From: Octopus sinensis
Taxonomy: Eukaryota
Length of the DNA stretch: 64,000 nt
Direction of reading: 5' to 3'
NCBI RefSeq assembly: GCF_006345805.1
Contig: NC_043000.1
Span: forward strand, 74,586,001-74,650,000
Positions 63,969 to 64,000 of this stretch are shown one piece after another (the stretch's first letter is position 1; each line of letters opens with the position of its first letter). The translations under genes and the position numbers were made by a program. The notes beneath the pieces are model-generated. The model worked only from the letters and a program-made list of their open reading frames with translations, made no database searches and was not told where the DNA came from.

Positions 63969-64000
63969 TGGTAGAAATCACTGATAGGAACTAAACGTAT

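Noticed and set aside
40163-64000. Expected NEK4 exon 3 (YLHE..ILHRDLKTQN)
   Set aside because: No HRDLK-encoding segment found by eye; the exon presumably lies beyond the window.

Overview
This is AT-rich, microsatellite-dense animal DNA. The repeat landscape (RTE LINEs with (GAT)n tails, tRNA-headed SINEs, Penelope-like elements, very long (TA)n tracts) suggests an octopus or other cephalopod, which is an inference. The only host gene I can support is the 5' part of a NEK4-like Ser/Thr kinase on the + strand: coding exon 1 at 30446-30568 and exon 2 at 39896-40162, joined in phase 0. Exon 3 is not in the window, so intron 2 is >23 kb. The rest is transposon-derived: three Ty3/Gypsy LTR elements (two nested), about ten RTE fragments whose RT region carries a C4HC3 (PHD-like) finger, a CR1-type fragment, three Penelope GIY-YIG remnants, Helitrons, a mariner, a hAT (Buster-like) element, fold-back DNA elements with telomere-motif loops, SINEs and a 100-N gap. 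The most interesting signal is a window-wide set of type-I hammerhead ribozyme motifs (CTGANGA...GAAA-palindrome-NTH). They sit in short non-coding units embedded in (TA)n and arranged as fold-backs or partial tandems. The best-folding examples are at 2471-2569 (+), 23231-23323 (-), 27044-27145 (-) and 28301-28407 (-). One degenerate copy lies in the 3' region of a coding Penelope remnant, and a shared terminal motif ties the non-coding units to it. This looks like a diverse family of Penelope-derived, retrozyme-like self-cleaving RNAs. All structures were paired by hand; no folding program or database search was run.
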